In this document: in pieces, positions 41,900 to 51,545 of the stretch
How positions within the stretch are numbered: position 1 is the first letter of the stretch
Layout: every line of letters begins with the position of its first letter
Source of the DNA: an uncultured virus (IMG/VR IMGVR_UViG_3300032296_004100)
Taxonomy: Duplodnaviria; Heunggongvirae; Uroviricota; Caudoviricetes
IMG/VR virus record: IMGVR_UViG_3300032296_004100
Reading direction: 5' to 3' (one strand)
Length of the DNA: 64,000 nucleotides
Notes under the pieces: generated by a model
Databases searched by the model: none
Told to the model about the DNA's origin: nothing
The model's input: the letters and a program-made list of their open reading frames with translations, nothing else
Made by a program: the position numbers and the translations under genes

Positions 41900-42307
41900 A
41901 TGGTAATGAAAAATCTCAACCACACATTTCGTCGTTTTATTCAAAAACAGGCTTTGAAATTATTTCGGTATCTGAATACCGAACAAGAAAGGTCAATTTA
42001 TGAACGGGACTGTATTGCTGTTTGTAAAAAGTTTATTTATGAACCCGATTCAATAATGTTATTGACTCCGATTTCTGGTAAAAGATACATTAGAAGTGAA
42101 AACAATCAAATTTTTATTATTTTAGAATCACATCGTGTAAAAATTATCAATCATGTATATGCTTATGATGTACTTATGAATGACAGGTCATGGAACCAAT
42201 TAATCAAACTTTTTGATAACGAAGTTGAAAAACGAAGAGAGGATTTCGAAAAACAAATCACGAAAAATATTAAAACTTCACTCCAAAAAATTATTGCCGA
42301 AAAATGA
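41900..42307 (+). CDS. Hypothetical protein
   Basis: ORF; ATG at 41900 or 41906 downstream of the promoter. Confidence 0.6.
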   Translation: MVMKNLNHTFRRFIQKQALKLFRYLNTEQERSIYERDCIAVCKKFIYEPDSIMLLTPISGKRYIRSENNQIFIILESHRVKIINHVYAYDVLMNDRSWNQLIKLFDNEVEKRREDFEKQITKNIKTSLQKIIAEK

Positions 42308-42651
42308 AACATCCATTTCACACTCTATACTATACAGGTCTTTCCGTTCTAATTTCACTATTAATTTTTGGTGGATTATTAATTTATAATCTTTCAAATA
42401 TTGTACACCTTATACCTCAAGAAAAAACCTCTAAAGAACATTCTGATATAAAAATAAATCCTGTTGTTTTGGAAACATCAATGCCTAAATCTATTAAATT
42501 GAAAGACTCCGAAATAGAAAAAAAGAATAATACAATACCTAAAACATCTAATTCAAATACTGAGGAAACTACTAAGATAAACAGTCCACCTACCCAACCA
42601 AACACCGACACTAATAAAAATAATGTAGATTCTATCCCAAAGACTCCTTAA
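42304..42651 (+). CDS. Hypothetical membrane-anchored protein
   Basis: N-terminal hydrophobic stretch LSVLISLLIFGGLLIY followed by a low-complexity tail. Confidence 0.55.
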   Translation: MKHPFHTLYYTGLSVLISLLIFGGLLIYNLSNIVHLIPQEKTSKEHSDIKINPVVLETSMPKSIKLKDSEIEKKNNTIPKTSNSNTEETTKINSPPTQPNTDTNKNNVDSIPKTP

Positions 42652-43255
42652 GTATTTTTTGAATCAAATCCCTTAATCCTTCATTTTTTTTCTTTGGTTG
42701 GTAAGAAGTCATAGTTGGTTTGTTACCTTTTCCAACTTTTTGGTCTTTTTTCTCGGCTGCTCTTTTTTGTGCACAAGCCGCTTTCTTCTCGGAATCAGAC
42801 ATCTTAGAAGCAACTCCCGCAGCTCTACATTTAGGGTATCCTTTGGATTCTCCTTCAGGTCGACCGCAAGGAGGATGTCCACCACCTTCTTTTTTTCTAC
42901 AAATATTAACCCAAGGACCTGAAGGTTGTTTACTACCTTTAGGTTTTTTTTTGGTACCAAACCAAACCGCCAAATCCTCTTTTAAAATATCTTCTTTAAA
43001 AATTTTTTTTCTCATATTTTCAACTTTTTTAACATTTGATTTAGTTTGTCTTTCATCTTTGGCAATTTCTTGTTTTGTTTTTTTTATCTCACCATCATAC
43101 GAATCAAAGGCGGTTCCATTATTGATATAACCCGAAACTTTCTCGGTGTAAGGTATGAGTTGTTCATTCTTCCAAACCCGTGGTGTGATATTTAATTTGC
43201 CTTTAAACACACCATCACTTGATGAGGTGGTACTCTCGTTGATTTTTTCTTCCAT
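42632..43255 (-). CDS. Hypothetical protein with a T4-like phage Cys module
   Basis: EDLAVWFG...WVNIC...CGR...GYPKC module; late motif upstream. Confidence 0.6.
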   Translation of the reverse strand: MEEKINESTTSSSDGVFKGKLNITPRVWKNEQLIPYTEKVSGYINNGTAFDSYDGEIKKTKQEIAKDERQTKSNVKKVENMRKKIFKEDILKEDLAVWFGTKKKPKGSKQPSGPWVNICRKKEGGGHPPCGRPEGESKGYPKCRAAGVASKMSDSEKKAACAQKRAAEKKDQKVGKGNKPTMTSYQPKKKNEGLRDLIQKILKESLG

Positions 43256-43287
43256 AACCCTATATTTTAATAAATATTTACATTTTT

Positions 43288-43524
43288 ATGCAAGACTTAA
43301 ATTCTTTACCTTTATTCGATAGAATTCAAATTCAAAATTCAGAAGATTTTGATAATTTAATAGATACTCTGACAAAGGAACAGGGAGATTATATTATTAA
43401 AATTGCTTTAGAAAAGGCCTTTAATTCGGGTATCTTTAGTCTAACTGAAAGTGAAATACTTTCAAAATCTCTCAGATTAAAAAATAAAAATACTGAAACA
43501 ATTTCAGAAAATGACACTGAATGA
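43288..43524 (+). CDS. Hypothetical protein
   Basis: 78-aa ORF with an ATG start. Confidence 0.55.
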   Translation: MQDLNSLPLFDRIQIQNSEDFDNLIDTLTKEQGDYIIKIALEKAFNSGIFSLTESEILSKSLRLKNKNTETISENDTE

Positions 43525-43696
43525 GATAAGTAAAAGAATAATAGATGGGGAATACATTTTAACCGAAGTTGTCAGAAATGGACACAAACCTTTTTTTGGT
43601 GATGAATATGAAAAAATAAGGACTGAAGTTGGTGTATTAAGGTGTCTATATTTTGGTGAAGATTCACCATATTGTAATTCAAGATATAAAAAATAA
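43511..43696 (+). CDS. Hypothetical protein
   Basis: 61-aa ORF ending at the bidirectional terminator. Confidence 0.45.
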   Translation: MTLNEISKRIIDGEYILTEVVRNGHKPFFGDEYEKIRTEVGVLRCLYFGEDSPYCNSRYKK

Positions 43697-43726
43697 AAAA
43701 AGGGGACCGAAGTCCCCTTTCCTTTT
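43695..43726. terminator. Bidirectional intrinsic terminator downstream of the MCP
   Basis: AAAGGGGAC-CGAA-GTCCCCTTT (UUCG loop on the minus strand), flanked by A- and T-rich tracts. Confidence 0.9.
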
Positions 43727-43739
43727 GTATATTGAGATA

Positions 43740-45557
43740 TTATCTCAATTCTCTCAAGTCGAATGTTCTAACACCATCAACTGTGATACGACCGTAGAAA
43801 CGGTTGTTTACAACCTTCTTAGCGTATCTGGTCATGATACCCTTGATAGGTGTAAAGTTGAATGGGTTGTACATTGTTGGAGTGAGTTGTAAAGGTACAT
43901 ATGGAGCGTAGATGTATCCAGTATCCAATAATGAAGTACCTTTGTGTCCTAACAACACCTGGTTTGCAGGGAAGTAAGGGTCACGGTAAACTTGGTATCT
44001 ACCAGCTAATGTTCCAACTCTCTCAATACCCATGTTATATTGGTCTTGCTCAGGAGCCGCGTTTGATACGTGGAAGTACTCCAAGTCATCAAAGATTGCA
44101 GAAACCTCAGAAGATACAACAATCCAGTTTGCGCCACCTCTAAGAGTTGACTTGTGGATTTGAGCTGAAATTTGGTTGATTGCAGTGATAAGAGTTTGGT
44201 TCCAGTCCTTTTGAGTGTAAGGAGTTGTACCAGCGTTAAATCTCTTCCATCCGTTGTAGTCCCAACGCAGGTTCCAAGATGCCGCCTTTCTCAAGTCTCT
44301 TAAGATTTCACGGTCAATTTCCGCAGCAACTTGCTCCGACAACAAAGCTGTAAGCTCAGCTTCAGCGTCGATGTTGTGGAATGCAGCTACGTCTTGAGCC
44401 ATTTCAGGAGACCATTGTGCTCTAAGTTTTCTTTCAGTAACCGAAACAGTCACAGACTGAAGGTCGAAAGAAACTTCACCAATTTTATCTTCAAATTCAA
44501 GATTTTTATAGATTCTATAAGTTGCCAAGAATGCGTTGTTACTTTCTGTAGAAGAAGAGAATGTTGAACCAGTGTATCCATCAAGTGAAGAATCTCCACA
44601 AGAAATACATACAGGAACCTGTAAATCAACTTCAAGATAAATGAAACCATTTTGGTCACAAATATCATAATAACCACCGCCACCGGTTTCACTATTTGGG
44701 AAAACTAAATTTTGATTTTCTCCGTATTGTACAATTCCTTTTCCGTATCTTTGTGTTACAACTCTGAACAAGTAATTGTTGTTGACATTTGCAGCAGTTG
44801 TAGTGTTACCAGCAACACCACGAATTTGAAGGTCAGTTAAGAATTCTTCAGTATCCATTGGTTGACCGTTTGGACCTATTAATTGACCAGCACCAGCAGA
44901 AGCAAATCCTGATAAAATCAATAAAACTTTTCTGTAGTTGTCAGATGCATATGCAGAAACAACTAATTGGTCAGCTAGCCAAGCAACTGTTCTTGTTCCA
45001 CCAGCAACTCCTGATGTAACACCTGGAGTTAATGCCGAAAATGAACCTTTAGAGTAGTCGTAAAGACCTGGAGGGTCTAAAGCAGGTTCGTTACCTTCGT
45101 AGAATCTATCGTAAAGGTCTTTTGATGTGTTATAGTCATAACCACTGTTTGGAGTTTGGTCTGCAGCAGCATTTGGTGCTCCAAAAGGTGCAAAGTGCTC
45201 GTTTAAGCCAGCTCCTGTGTAAGACTGAATGTTTGGTACAAAGTAGAACAACTTACCGATAGGAAGATTCATTGCTTGTACTGAAACGATGTCGTTAGCC
45301 AAAAGTTTAGAGAATACTCTCCTTACAATTGGGAATACAACAGTTTCGAATGAACCGGTATCAGCAGTCGAAGCTGCTTCGTTAATCAAATATGACGCTT
45401 GGTTTTCATACAACTGTGCGATATTTTCTTTTAGGTGTCCGTTAAGCCCGTCAAGGAAACCTAACTTGTCCCATTTGTTAATTGTATCTTCTTTGATAAC
45501 TTTAAGGTGCTTAAGACCGATGTTACCAACAAGACCACTTTCTAATAATGCTCCCAT
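43740..45557 (-). CDS. Major capsid protein (T4 gp23-like)
   Basis: IVSVQAMNLPIG, RKLRAQWSPEMAQD..AFH.IDAEAEL, EIDREIL, GYIYAPYVPL and IMTRYA. Confidence 0.95.
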   Translation of the reverse strand: MGALLESGLVGNIGLKHLKVIKEDTINKWDKLGFLDGLNGHLKENIAQLYENQASYLINEAASTADTGSFETVVFPIVRRVFSKLLANDIVSVQAMNLPIGKLFYFVPNIQSYTGAGLNEHFAPFGAPNAAADQTPNSGYDYNTSKDLYDRFYEGNEPALDPPGLYDYSKGSFSALTPGVTSGVAGGTRTVAWLADQLVVSAYASDNYRKVLLILSGFASAGAGQLIGPNGQPMDTEEFLTDLQIRGVAGNTTTAANVNNNYLFRVVTQRYGKGIVQYGENQNLVFPNSETGGGGYYDICDQNGFIYLEVDLQVPVCISCGDSSLDGYTGSTFSSSTESNNAFLATYRIYKNLEFEDKIGEVSFDLQSVTVSVTERKLRAQWSPEMAQDVAAFHNIDAEAELTALLSEQVAAEIDREILRDLRKAASWNLRWDYNGWKRFNAGTTPYTQKDWNQTLITAINQISAQIHKSTLRGGANWIVVSSEVSAIFDDLEYFHVSNAAPEQDQYNMGIERVGTLAGRYQVYRDPYFPANQVLLGHKGTSLLDTGYIYAPYVPLQLTPTMYNPFNFTPIKGIMTRYAKKVVNNRFYGRITVDGVRTFDLRELR

Positions 45558-45587
45558 TTTAATTTTTGTTTTTAGGAATTTATATTT

Positions 45588-47111
45588 TTAGAGTTTATTC
45601 ATTAAATCCTTAATTCTTAAGAATTGTGGATTTTCATATGTTTTAGACTCAATCAAGGTTGTAGATGAACCAGAAGTTTTTGCTGTGTTCAACTGCCTTT
45701 CAACACTTTCAGAAATATTTTTCGTATCAGTGTTGGAAAGTTCATCCTTGACAGTTTTGTAGAGTTGTTTTGATTCTTTAAGTGATTCTACAGAATCAAA
45801 TCTTCTCAGGATATTTATTTTTTCTTTTTTGGTAGTGGAATGCTCAGTAAACAATCTTGTAGCATATGCCAAGTTCGAGTTAAAAACAGCAACTTCGTTG
45901 AGTTTTTCTCTAAAGACATTAAGAGCCTTTCTGTACTCTTCATTCTTTTCTCTTAACAAATTTAATTCTACTTCAACAGCTTCTACTTTTACACCATTAT
46001 CACCATAAACATAATTTCTGTTATTTGTGATACCTTTTCTTAACCCTCTACCTTCTTTCGACCCCATACCATAAGTTCTAGCTGCCTCTTTTGTTTCCTC
46101 CTTGGTTTCATAGTCTTTCTTGCCATGATTAGTTTCAGATTTGTCACCTTTGTTACCACCAAACTTTCCTTCGTAGTCTTTGTAGTGTCCATCTTTACCC
46201 TCACCAGCTTTCTTTTCAACACCGTCTACTTTCTTACGTCTGTATTCGCGTTTCTTAGAATCTTCTCCCATTTCACCCTCTTTGAATTCAAATTTTGCTT
46301 TACCAGTACCCATAGCTTTAGGTCCAGCCTTTTTGTGGTCATCAAATCCTTTTTTTGGTAAAGTACTATCGTACTTAAATTTAGGATGACCCATACCTAC
46401 GCCTTTTGGTTTTACAGTCATTTTAGCTTCTTCAAGGTTATATTCCTCATGTGAGGATTCTCCCATCTCTTCCATAGATTCTTCATCCATGTATTCAGAG
46501 AGGTCCAATTCCTCCTCATCCATTTCTATCTCATACATGACTTCGTCTTCTTCCATAGTTTCAGACGACGAATAAAGAGCATCCAAAACAGCATCTAAGT
46601 CAGGGTCTTCTTCAACATCAAGTTCGTCGAATTCCATTTCTTGTTCTTCTATTTCCATCTCTTCCATCATATCCTCTTCATCATCCATTTCAGACTCGTC
46701 GAGTTTTACGATGTATTCAACATCTTCATTATCGTCGGTAATGTGAACCATACCTTCGTCTTTTACAACTACGATTCCATCTTCAGGTCCCATAGCTTTA
46801 AAAGCCTTAATAACTTCATCATCAGACATATCTGTCATATCGATAGTTTCTTCATCCGAATCAAAATCCATATTGAATTCATTATCAGAATCTTCCATAT
46901 TATCAACATCGCTATCCATATCAAAATCCATGGCTAGCTCAGTATCAACTTCAACCTCATCTTCTTGTTCGGAAAGAGATTCCTTTACTAACTGACTGAT
47001 TTCTTCCTTCATTGTAGAAGCAAGTATTCCTTTTGCGTTTTCGGCAATGACTTCTTCAACATTTCTCATTTGAATAAGTGCCTCTTCAACTAAATTTTTA
47101 GTTTCTTGCAT
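45588..47111 (-). CDS. Prohead core/scaffold protein (gp22-like)
   Basis: Very acidic, with a C-terminal coiled coil; located between the protease and the MCP. Confidence 0.7.
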   Translation of the reverse strand: MQETKNLVEEALIQMRNVEEVIAENAKGILASTMKEEISQLVKESLSEQEDEVEVDTELAMDFDMDSDVDNMEDSDNEFNMDFDSDEETIDMTDMSDDEVIKAFKAMGPEDGIVVVKDEGMVHITDDNEDVEYIVKLDESEMDDEEDMMEEMEIEEQEMEFDELDVEEDPDLDAVLDALYSSSETMEEDEVMYEIEMDEEELDLSEYMDEESMEEMGESSHEEYNLEEAKMTVKPKGVGMGHPKFKYDSTLPKKGFDDHKKAGPKAMGTGKAKFEFKEGEMGEDSKKREYRRKKVDGVEKKAGEGKDGHYKDYEGKFGGNKGDKSETNHGKKDYETKEETKEAARTYGMGSKEGRGLRKGITNNRNYVYGDNGVKVEAVEVELNLLREKNEEYRKALNVFREKLNEVAVFNSNLAYATRLFTEHSTTKKEKINILRRFDSVESLKESKQLYKTVKDELSNTDTKNISESVERQLNTAKTSGSSTTLIESKTYENPQFLRIKDLMNKL

Positions 47112-47151
47112 AAAAATTGTTTTTAATTTACCTTATAAATAGTTCTGTAAA

Positions 47152-47230
47152 TAAAAAAATCCGTTTATAAACCCCCTTCTTCACGAAAAAGATTTAAAAC
47201 GGACAAAAAAAAGGTGGAAAACCACCTTTT
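47152..47230 (-). terminator. Two tandem hairpin terminators
   Basis: AAAAGGTGG-AAAA-CCACCTTTT (about 47209-47230) and a longer TCCGTTT...AAACGGA stem (47160-47203), each followed by a U-tract on the minus strand. Confidence 0.65.
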
Positions 47231-47233
47231 AAG

Positions 47234-47443
47234 TTATTCGATTACTTCGTCAATTTTGCTTTCCACAACTGAAACGATACGCCATTCGTGTTGGAACCCC
47301 GTATATTTCTTTGTTACTTTAGCTTCGACATCGGTAACTGAGAAACCATTAACAAGTTTCTCTTCTCTGATTTTTTTAATTCGTCCTGAATTTTCATCAG
47401 GTAAATCATAAACCACTTTAGCTACAAAAAATTTCTCATCCAT
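47234..47443 (-). CDS. DUF4494-like protein
   Basis: FF.AKV.Y...GRIKKI.E..LV...SVTDVEA.V...I.SV.ESKI.EV resembles the Bacteroidota DUF4494 family. Confidence 0.55.
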   Translation of the reverse strand: MDEKFFVAKVVYDLPDENSGRIKKIREEKLVNGFSVTDVEAKVTKKYTGFQHEWRIVSVVESKIDEVIE

Positions 47444-47462
47444 AATTATTAATTCATTTTAG

Positions 47463-48179
47463 TTAACGATTTAAATAATCGGTTAATTTTTTCATTAAAT
47501 CAACTGACTTGCTCATTCCTGAGTCAGAAATTTTTTGATTTTTTTCTTCATCGAGGTTTTCCTCGTACATTGACCTCTCTTCGGGGGAGTTAAATAGGTA
47601 AGCACCAGGGGTTGACGGGGAAGAGACCAAGTCAAAGCAAATTAACTCAAAATCGTCTTGAACTTCATTTTGTTCTCCTTTTTTTGCCAATGACCCTACA
47701 CCACGAGATGAAACACCCATTGTCACACCTTGTCTAATGAGGTTTGCGGCGATATCTCCTTTAGTTGATACAATACCACTCTCGTGGAATCCAGGTGATG
47801 TTAGAAGTTTTAATTTACCCATAAGAATGTGACCATCCCACCATATGTCTGTAATAAGGTGTGATACTCTATCCAAATCAATCAATGATGATTCTGGGTG
47901 ATTTAACTCAGAGGTTGATAAACCTTTTTTGATTGCGGTTTTGTATCTATCGGATTCTCTTTTTAAAATTCTTTCAGGGTATACTCTTCCATTTCTATTT
48001 GGGACACCGTATTTTTGAAGAACAGCATAAAACTCAAATGGGTTTCTATAATCCATTTGTTTTTGTTCCTTCAAAAAAGATTCGTTAAGTGGGTCAGATG
48101 GTGAAATGTAACCTGCGTCCATTTCAATTAAAATTCCCTTACCTGTTTCTCTTGGCCCAAGAATGTGTAAATCTTTCAT
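47463..48179 (-). CDS. Prohead protease (T4 gp21-like)
   Basis: NRNGRVYP, ELNHP, RVSH.I, GVSSRG.GS and DLVSSPSTPGA. Confidence 0.92.
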   Translation of the reverse strand: MKDLHILGPRETGKGILIEMDAGYISPSDPLNESFLKEQKQMDYRNPFEFYAVLQKYGVPNRNGRVYPERILKRESDRYKTAIKKGLSTSELNHPESSLIDLDRVSHLITDIWWDGHILMGKLKLLTSPGFHESGIVSTKGDIAANLIRQGVTMGVSSRGVGSLAKKGEQNEVQDDFELICFDLVSSPSTPGAYLFNSPEERSMYEENLDEEKNQKISDSGMSKSVDLMKKLTDYLNR

Positions 48180-48205
48180 TATATTGTTTTAAAATAAATA
48201 TAATG

Positions 48206-48658
48206 TTAGTTCATAGTTTTTATTTTTATCTTTTCTTTACTCGAAGTAAATGTGAAGTAATCATTTTTAATAACACAATCTTTATAAATTTCTCTTATAA
48301 TTTTTTTTATTGCATCTTTAAGAATTGAACCTTTGAAATCTATTTCTGTTTTTGTAAAAAGATTTATCTCAAGATTCATAAAAGATTTTTTACCTAATTG
48401 AATCCCACTAGTTCTAAGGTCTAAATCAACAATAAATTTTTCTGCGAAAAGTTCTCTATTAATACTCTCATAAACACTGTGTTTAACATTTCTTGAAAGA
48501 CCACCCACTATACGGTCCCAATTTTCCATTTCGACTTTTGGGGCTACCCATGTTTGCATGTTTATGTAAAGTGATTTTAGCTGTTTTGAATCTACTGTTC
48601 CGTATTGAGTTTTAATTGATTCATATTGGTTAATCTTAACCGTTTTTCCTTTTTTCAT
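48206..48658 (-). CDS. Hypothetical protein
   Basis: 150-aa ORF in the head module. Confidence 0.6.
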   Translation of the reverse strand: MKKGKTVKINQYESIKTQYGTVDSKQLKSLYINMQTWVAPKVEMENWDRIVGGLSRNVKHSVYESINRELFAEKFIVDLDLRTSGIQLGKKSFMNLEINLFTKTEIDFKGSILKDAIKKIIREIYKDCVIKNDYFTFTSSKEKIKIKTMN

Positions 48659-48736
48659 TCATATTCAGATTGGAATCTGTTTATTTTTTTATAAATCATA
48701 ACAAACTTTTACCCCAAATCCAAATATTTCTATTAT

Positions 48737-48922
48737 ATGTTAATAGTACAGGTAGACAAAAATATTGAAAAAGCACTCAAGATGCTCAAGTCTAAAGTAA
48801 TTAAAACCAAACAGAATCAGAAACTAAATTCTTTAAAAGAATACCAAAAAAAATCTGTTAAAATAAGAGCCGAAAAAATCAAAGCTTCTTATGTTCAAAA
48901 GTTTAAGAATCAAGAAGAATAG
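48737..48922 (+). CDS. rpsU: Phage-encoded ribosomal protein bS21 (Bacteroidota-type)
   Basis: MLIV.V..NIEKALK.LK.K..KT...L...EY.KKSV..R....KASY.Q matches the bS21 pattern. Confidence 0.8.
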   Translation: MLIVQVDKNIEKALKMLKSKVIKTKQNQKLNSLKEYQKKSVKIRAEKIKASYVQKFKNQEE

Positions 48923-49610
48923 ACTCTTCTAATCTCTTTAACTTTACATAATTAACTTGGTCAAATTTTTCAATTTCAATCCTTTCAATCGTTTCGTTAA
49001 TTTTGGATTGAATGTCCGATTCCTCTTGTTTGTTAAGTAATACCTTTAATTTGTTGATTGTCGATTCTTTAAGTGTTGTGTACTCGATTTCTAAATCTTC
49101 ATTCTTTGACGCCAAAATATAGAATACCTCTTTTTTTGTTGCCTCGTCTAAACTCTCAATATATTTTCCAATAGTTTGATTGGCAATCAAAACCATTGAT
49201 TTTAAAGGGATTTTAGGACTTTCATTTAAACCTTTTGTGGTTAACATAAGATTATCGATTAACATTTTCTTTGACGACAACCTTTCGTGAATATTCACAT
49301 TTTCAAAATATACCAAATTATCAATATTTTGGTAAATATTTGGGGATTTTTCCCCATTTTTTGGTAATGAAGTATTTTCTAATAAATGTCTAATTACATT
49401 TACAGACTCTTCTAAGAATTCTTTAGCATCGTTTTCAGATAAACCTTGTGGTATATTAAGGTCATCATAAATGGAATAAACCTTTGAAAATGATTTATTT
49501 TTCAAAACATTATGTTTGAATTCTTTTAATGTTTGCTTGAAAGTAGAGGAATCTTTGTAAGACTCTACCAAGTTTTTTTCGATAATAGATTTAATTTGTC
49601 CGAAAGTCAT
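48903..49610 (-). CDS. Hypothetical head-module protein
   Basis: 235-aa helical ORF downstream of the portal; late motif upstream. Confidence 0.6.
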   Translation of the reverse strand: MTFGQIKSIIEKNLVESYKDSSTFKQTLKEFKHNVLKNKSFSKVYSIYDDLNIPQGLSENDAKEFLEESVNVIRHLLENTSLPKNGEKSPNIYQNIDNLVYFENVNIHERLSSKKMLIDNLMLTTKGLNESPKIPLKSMVLIANQTIGKYIESLDEATKKEVFYILASKNEDLEIEYTTLKESTINKLKVLLNKQEESDIQSKINETIERIEIEKFDQVNYVKLKRLEESILLDS

Positions 49611-49637
49611 GAGGTCGTATTTATTCTCTAATAAATA

Positions 49638-51503
49638 TTAGGAATTTAACAACTTATCTAACTCGTCTTCTATTTTACCTAAACTTTGTTGTGCAATACC
49701 TAAATTTAGAAACTGATTACCATACAAACCAGTTTCTATCAAAATATTCATATCTTTATTTTGTGTTGATTCTGGCGTAATTTCACCCTCTTCAGGGGTT
49801 GTTGCACCCAAGTCTGGTGTTTCACCAGTTAAGTCACCACTAAGGTCCGCACCAAGGTCCGCACCAGCATCAAAACCACCACCACCAAACGCTGCTGCGG
49901 CTGGTTCAGAGGTTTCTCCAGGAGGTGCTTGTGGCGCCCCTTCACCAGGTTTATTTCCATACAACTTATCAAGTTGGTCAAACAATCCTGTTTTAGAGAT
50001 TACTGTCGGAGTGTTTTTTAATTCCTCACCAATGGCTCTTTCCATTCTCTGTTGTAGAAGGTCAGTTCTTATTTCATCATCTGACCAATTGAAAATGTGT
50101 TTCTTAGCCCAAGTAGATGAAGCTGGTTGAATACCATTTCCGGGGTCTGAAACTAAATCACGATACAAAAGGACTTTTTCTTTCCATATATCCACCTTCA
50201 GTAAGTCAGCTTGTGTTGATGGATTTGTAAGACCTAAAGTAAAATTAGAAATCTCTTCTTCAAAACCAAGTAGAAATAAATGGATAATTGCAACCTTATT
50301 AAGTTCTTGCAACATTGACTTTTGAATTCTATTAATGGTTCTCGCAAATCGGATATCCATCAATGCTAAAGTTTTACCGTCACCGACAACTTCTTCAAAA
50401 CCTAAAAAGGCCTTAGGAATTCTAAGTGCAGTAACAAGTTTTTTCTGAATGTATTCAATGTCAGCAATCTCTGAAAGATTCTGTGCTCCAGGCAAAGTTT
50501 CAATTGGAGATGGTTGTGCTGGGTCTCTAACAGGAATAAAGAAATCTTGGTCTACAGCCATTTGGTTAAACCTCATATCAACATTGCCTGTTTTGGAATC
50601 AACAATTTGTTCCCTTTTGAACTTGTTAGCAACACGTTGTACATAAGCCTCGACATCATCATCGTTCATGTTTCCAACATAAACTTTGAAAATTCTTCTT
50701 TCAGGGGCTCGTGAGGTACGATAAATCAACATCGCATCTTCAGATAACAAAAGTTGTTTCCAAATACGGCGAGATTTTTCCAACATTGAGGTACCATATG
50801 GGAGTTTTCTGTCGTCCCCTAATAATCTGAAGTGAGCAATTTCCCAAGTTTGAAATTCCATATTTTGGGTTTTCCAAGTAAACCTTAACCCTTTGTCTTC
50901 AGTATCATTTTTTGTGACACCAACCGATGCATTTCTTGTTGACAAACCTTGTTCAAATCTCTCAATTTCGATGTTAGGTAGTTGTTGACATCCAACAACA
51001 CCTTTTTCAGGGTCTAATCTCATATAAACGAAATTATCACCGTACTTACAGGTGTTTCTTGTCCACATGGGTAGATTGGTGTTGATGTCTAAAGAATTAT
51101 TAAATAAATCTGATAAAACGGATTTGATTCTTTTTGATTCAGAATAAATTTGAAGAATTTGACCATCTTCGTTTGGTGTGGTAGATTCTTCAGCGTAGAT
51201 ATCTAAGGCCGCAGAAATTTCTGGAGTGTACTCCATAGATTCGTAATCGTAATACGAAGCCAAACGATTTGGTTCATAATATACGGCTTGAGTGTAGAGG
51301 TTATTTTCAACTTTAGCAAATTGATTTGCTAAATAAAATGATTGTTTGGCTTGAAGTTTTTCCCTTTCGTATTCAGTTTTATCAGTAGTTCTGAGTAATT
51401 CCTTTTTATCTAACTTGTAAACAGGAAAATCTTGATTCATCAAGGCATTAGGTCCCAAAGCCCTTGTTAACCTCTGCCAAACCGTTAAATTTCTATTTTC
51501 CAT
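49638..51503 (-). CDS. Portal protein (T4 gp20-like)
   Basis: PEISAALDIYA, EDAMLIYR.SRAPERRIF, IETLPGAQNL..I.DIEY.QKKL..AL.IP. Confidence 0.95.
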   Translation of the reverse strand: MENRNLTVWQRLTRALGPNALMNQDFPVYKLDKKELLRTTDKTEYEREKLQAKQSFYLANQFAKVENNLYTQAVYYEPNRLASYYDYESMEYTPEISAALDIYAEESTTPNEDGQILQIYSESKRIKSVLSDLFNNSLDINTNLPMWTRNTCKYGDNFVYMRLDPEKGVVGCQQLPNIEIERFEQGLSTRNASVGVTKNDTEDKGLRFTWKTQNMEFQTWEIAHFRLLGDDRKLPYGTSMLEKSRRIWKQLLLSEDAMLIYRTSRAPERRIFKVYVGNMNDDDVEAYVQRVANKFKREQIVDSKTGNVDMRFNQMAVDQDFFIPVRDPAQPSPIETLPGAQNLSEIADIEYIQKKLVTALRIPKAFLGFEEVVGDGKTLALMDIRFARTINRIQKSMLQELNKVAIIHLFLLGFEEEISNFTLGLTNPSTQADLLKVDIWKEKVLLYRDLVSDPGNGIQPASSTWAKKHIFNWSDDEIRTDLLQQRMERAIGEELKNTPTVISKTGLFDQLDKLYGNKPGEGAPQAPPGETSEPAAAAFGGGGFDAGADLGADLSGDLTGETPDLGATTPEEGEITPESTQNKDMNILIETGLYGNQFLNLGIAQQSLGKIEDELDKLLNS

Positions 51504-51545
51504 TCTTACTCAAACTTAATCCCTTATGGATTATTATAAATACTT

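Noticed and set aside
47112..47233. tRNA or structured ncRNA in the intergenic region
   Set aside because: The stems are explained as two terminators plus a late motif; no cloverleaf or T-loop was seen here or in other gaps.
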